Shown here: positions 62,657 through 64,000 of the stretch, piece by piece
Numbering within the stretch: position 1 is the first letter of the stretch
Layout: the number at the start of each line of letters is the position of its first letter
From: Octopus sinensis
Lineage: Eukaryota
Assembly (NCBI RefSeq): GCF_006345805.1
Contig: NC_042997.1
Coordinates: 79,546,001 to 79,610,000, forward strand
Direction: 5' to 3'
Length of the DNA stretch: 64,000 nucleotides
Program-made: the position numbers and the translations under genes
The notes under the pieces: generated by a model
What the model was told of the DNA's origin: nothing
The model's database searches: none
Seen by the model: the letters and a program-made list of their open reading frames with translations, nothing else

Positions 62657-62929
62657 CCGAAGAGGACGTGATACATGCAAAGTGTTAGCAGACGCTCAGG
62701 GAAGGAAAGAAAGTTATCTCTTCGTCAGAAACAGGAGACGAACGAAAGTCCAAGATAAAAGGAAGACGGAGGAAAAAAATCGTCAACGATCCGACATGTG
62801 GTTACCGCCTTCCTTTTCTCTTGGTTTTTCATCCGTTTCCTGTTTCTGACGAAGAGCTTTGCACGAAACGTAAAACTACCTTTCTTTTCCTGAGCGTCTA
62901 CTAATACTTTGCTTGTACCACGTCTTCGG
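62657..62929. mobile_element. Inverted pseudo-LTR pair of Penelope-like origin
   Basis: CCGAAGAGGACGTG...GACGCTCAGG...CTCTTCGTCAGAAACAGGA versus TCCTGTTTCTGACGAAGAG...CCTGAGCGTC...CACGTCTTCGG. Confidence 0.7.
62842..62876 (+). ncRNA. Minimal Penelope-type hammerhead
   Basis: GUUU-CUGACGA-A-GAGC(UUU)GCAC-GAAAC-GUA|AAAC. Stem III has no loop; one mismatch in stem II. Confidence 0.65.
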
Positions 62930-62970
62930 ATTATGGTTTTTCCTTGTGTTTGGCCTTCGTTTTTTTGATT

Positions 62971-63006
<36 letters not shown>

Positions 63007-63609
63007 GCACACATTTCATGTGATTGAAGAGATTGACTCTTATGCTTTTCCAGTCACAAAAGGGTGACATGTAGCGCTCTACGTTGGCTCACTGTAAGTA
63101 AATTACAGAGGGCAGCGCTAAGCAGTGATAAGTGAAATTGTGATGTTATTGTTAGTCGGAATATGCTTGAGGCACTTTCGAACTGATAATTACCCTATAA
63201 ATAGAGACTGTTTTAAGCATCAATGGTCTGAGTGTTGTAGATGTCTATGCAGAATGTCATGTCTTCTCTCGCGAAGTTTCAATGTGTGCGAAGCTGCGAT
63301 CTGATATACACACTCCTTTTTACATAGTGGTTCTAATGACTGCATGCTTATCCAGATATGCGTTATAAGATGGCAAACATGAAACGATACGTATGTTCGT
63401 GTGTTAAATCCAGCTTCTGTGCTAGGCTTTTGTTTTCAACTAACATGCATGTTGTATTACGTTTTTCATATCCTGTTGACTCGTTGTGGAGATATGTGTA
63501 ACTCATAACCAACTTATGCGGTGTAAATTAAATCACATCTAAATGTTTGCAAGGTGTTGTTAAATCATTCACACGTAGCTTCCGCAAACACCACTTACGA
63601 CATTATATA

Positions 63610-63642
<33 letters not shown>

Positions 63643-64000
63643 CAATATAATGCTTTATCTCCAAGAATTTGAACTGCAGTTTTTACCTCTGTAGAAATGT
63701 AATGCTCTATGACTCACGTGGGTGGACAGGGAGAATAATAGATCTCATTCGTATTTTTGGATTCACTAGTACTGGGTGTCTGGCATGGTTTGTCCGATGT
63801 TACAGATATCGGACGGGTATGTTTGATTCTTAGTATTTTCAAATCTAAATCAGAAGAAATCTCTGAGCTGATGAAGGAAAAGTGGCGTTTTACCCACAAA
63901 TCCAGAAACAGACTGTCCTCGGGTATCGTATATGGATGTGATCTTTCATTGTTTTTCCCTTATACCTATGTGAGTTATTTTCTGAGTATGCATTGTCTGG

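Overview
Eukaryotic, AT-rich and microsatellite-saturated genomic DNA, most likely an octopod cephalopod. This assignment is an inference from the tRNA-derived SINE families, TTAGGG repeats and abundant TA/TACA/GATA/TAA tracts. Nearly all of the window is transposon-derived, plus one probable host gene at ~39.2-39.6 kb encoding a small secreted peptide with one atypical EGF-like domain. The standout is a GC-richer island at ~0.9-10.1 kb: a head-to-tail array of Tx1/L1-clade retroelements. It comprises two divergent ORF1-only (gag-like, CCHC) elements and one element with ORF1 and an uninterrupted 1131-aa APE-RT-zinc-finger ORF2. All three end in the same 3' stem-loop/TAA tail, followed by the 15-mer A(C/T)AACATGG(A/C)GGAAA. 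That 15-mer appears to be coding sequence (N-M-E-E) of a fourth related ORF1, whose two halves lie on either side of the array. This suggests a family that inserts site-specifically into the ORF1 of its own relatives. The island may itself sit inside a non-autonomous Helitron. Elsewhere there are mariner/Tc1 copies, a hATm-like element apparently split by an ~8.5-kb inversion, two R4/Dong-like LINE relics in microsatellites, RTE and Penelope relics, several hammerhead-ribozyme motifs, TTAA-flanked MITEs and a foldback element carrying TTAGGG repeats. No rRNA, true tRNA gene or CRISPR array was found.
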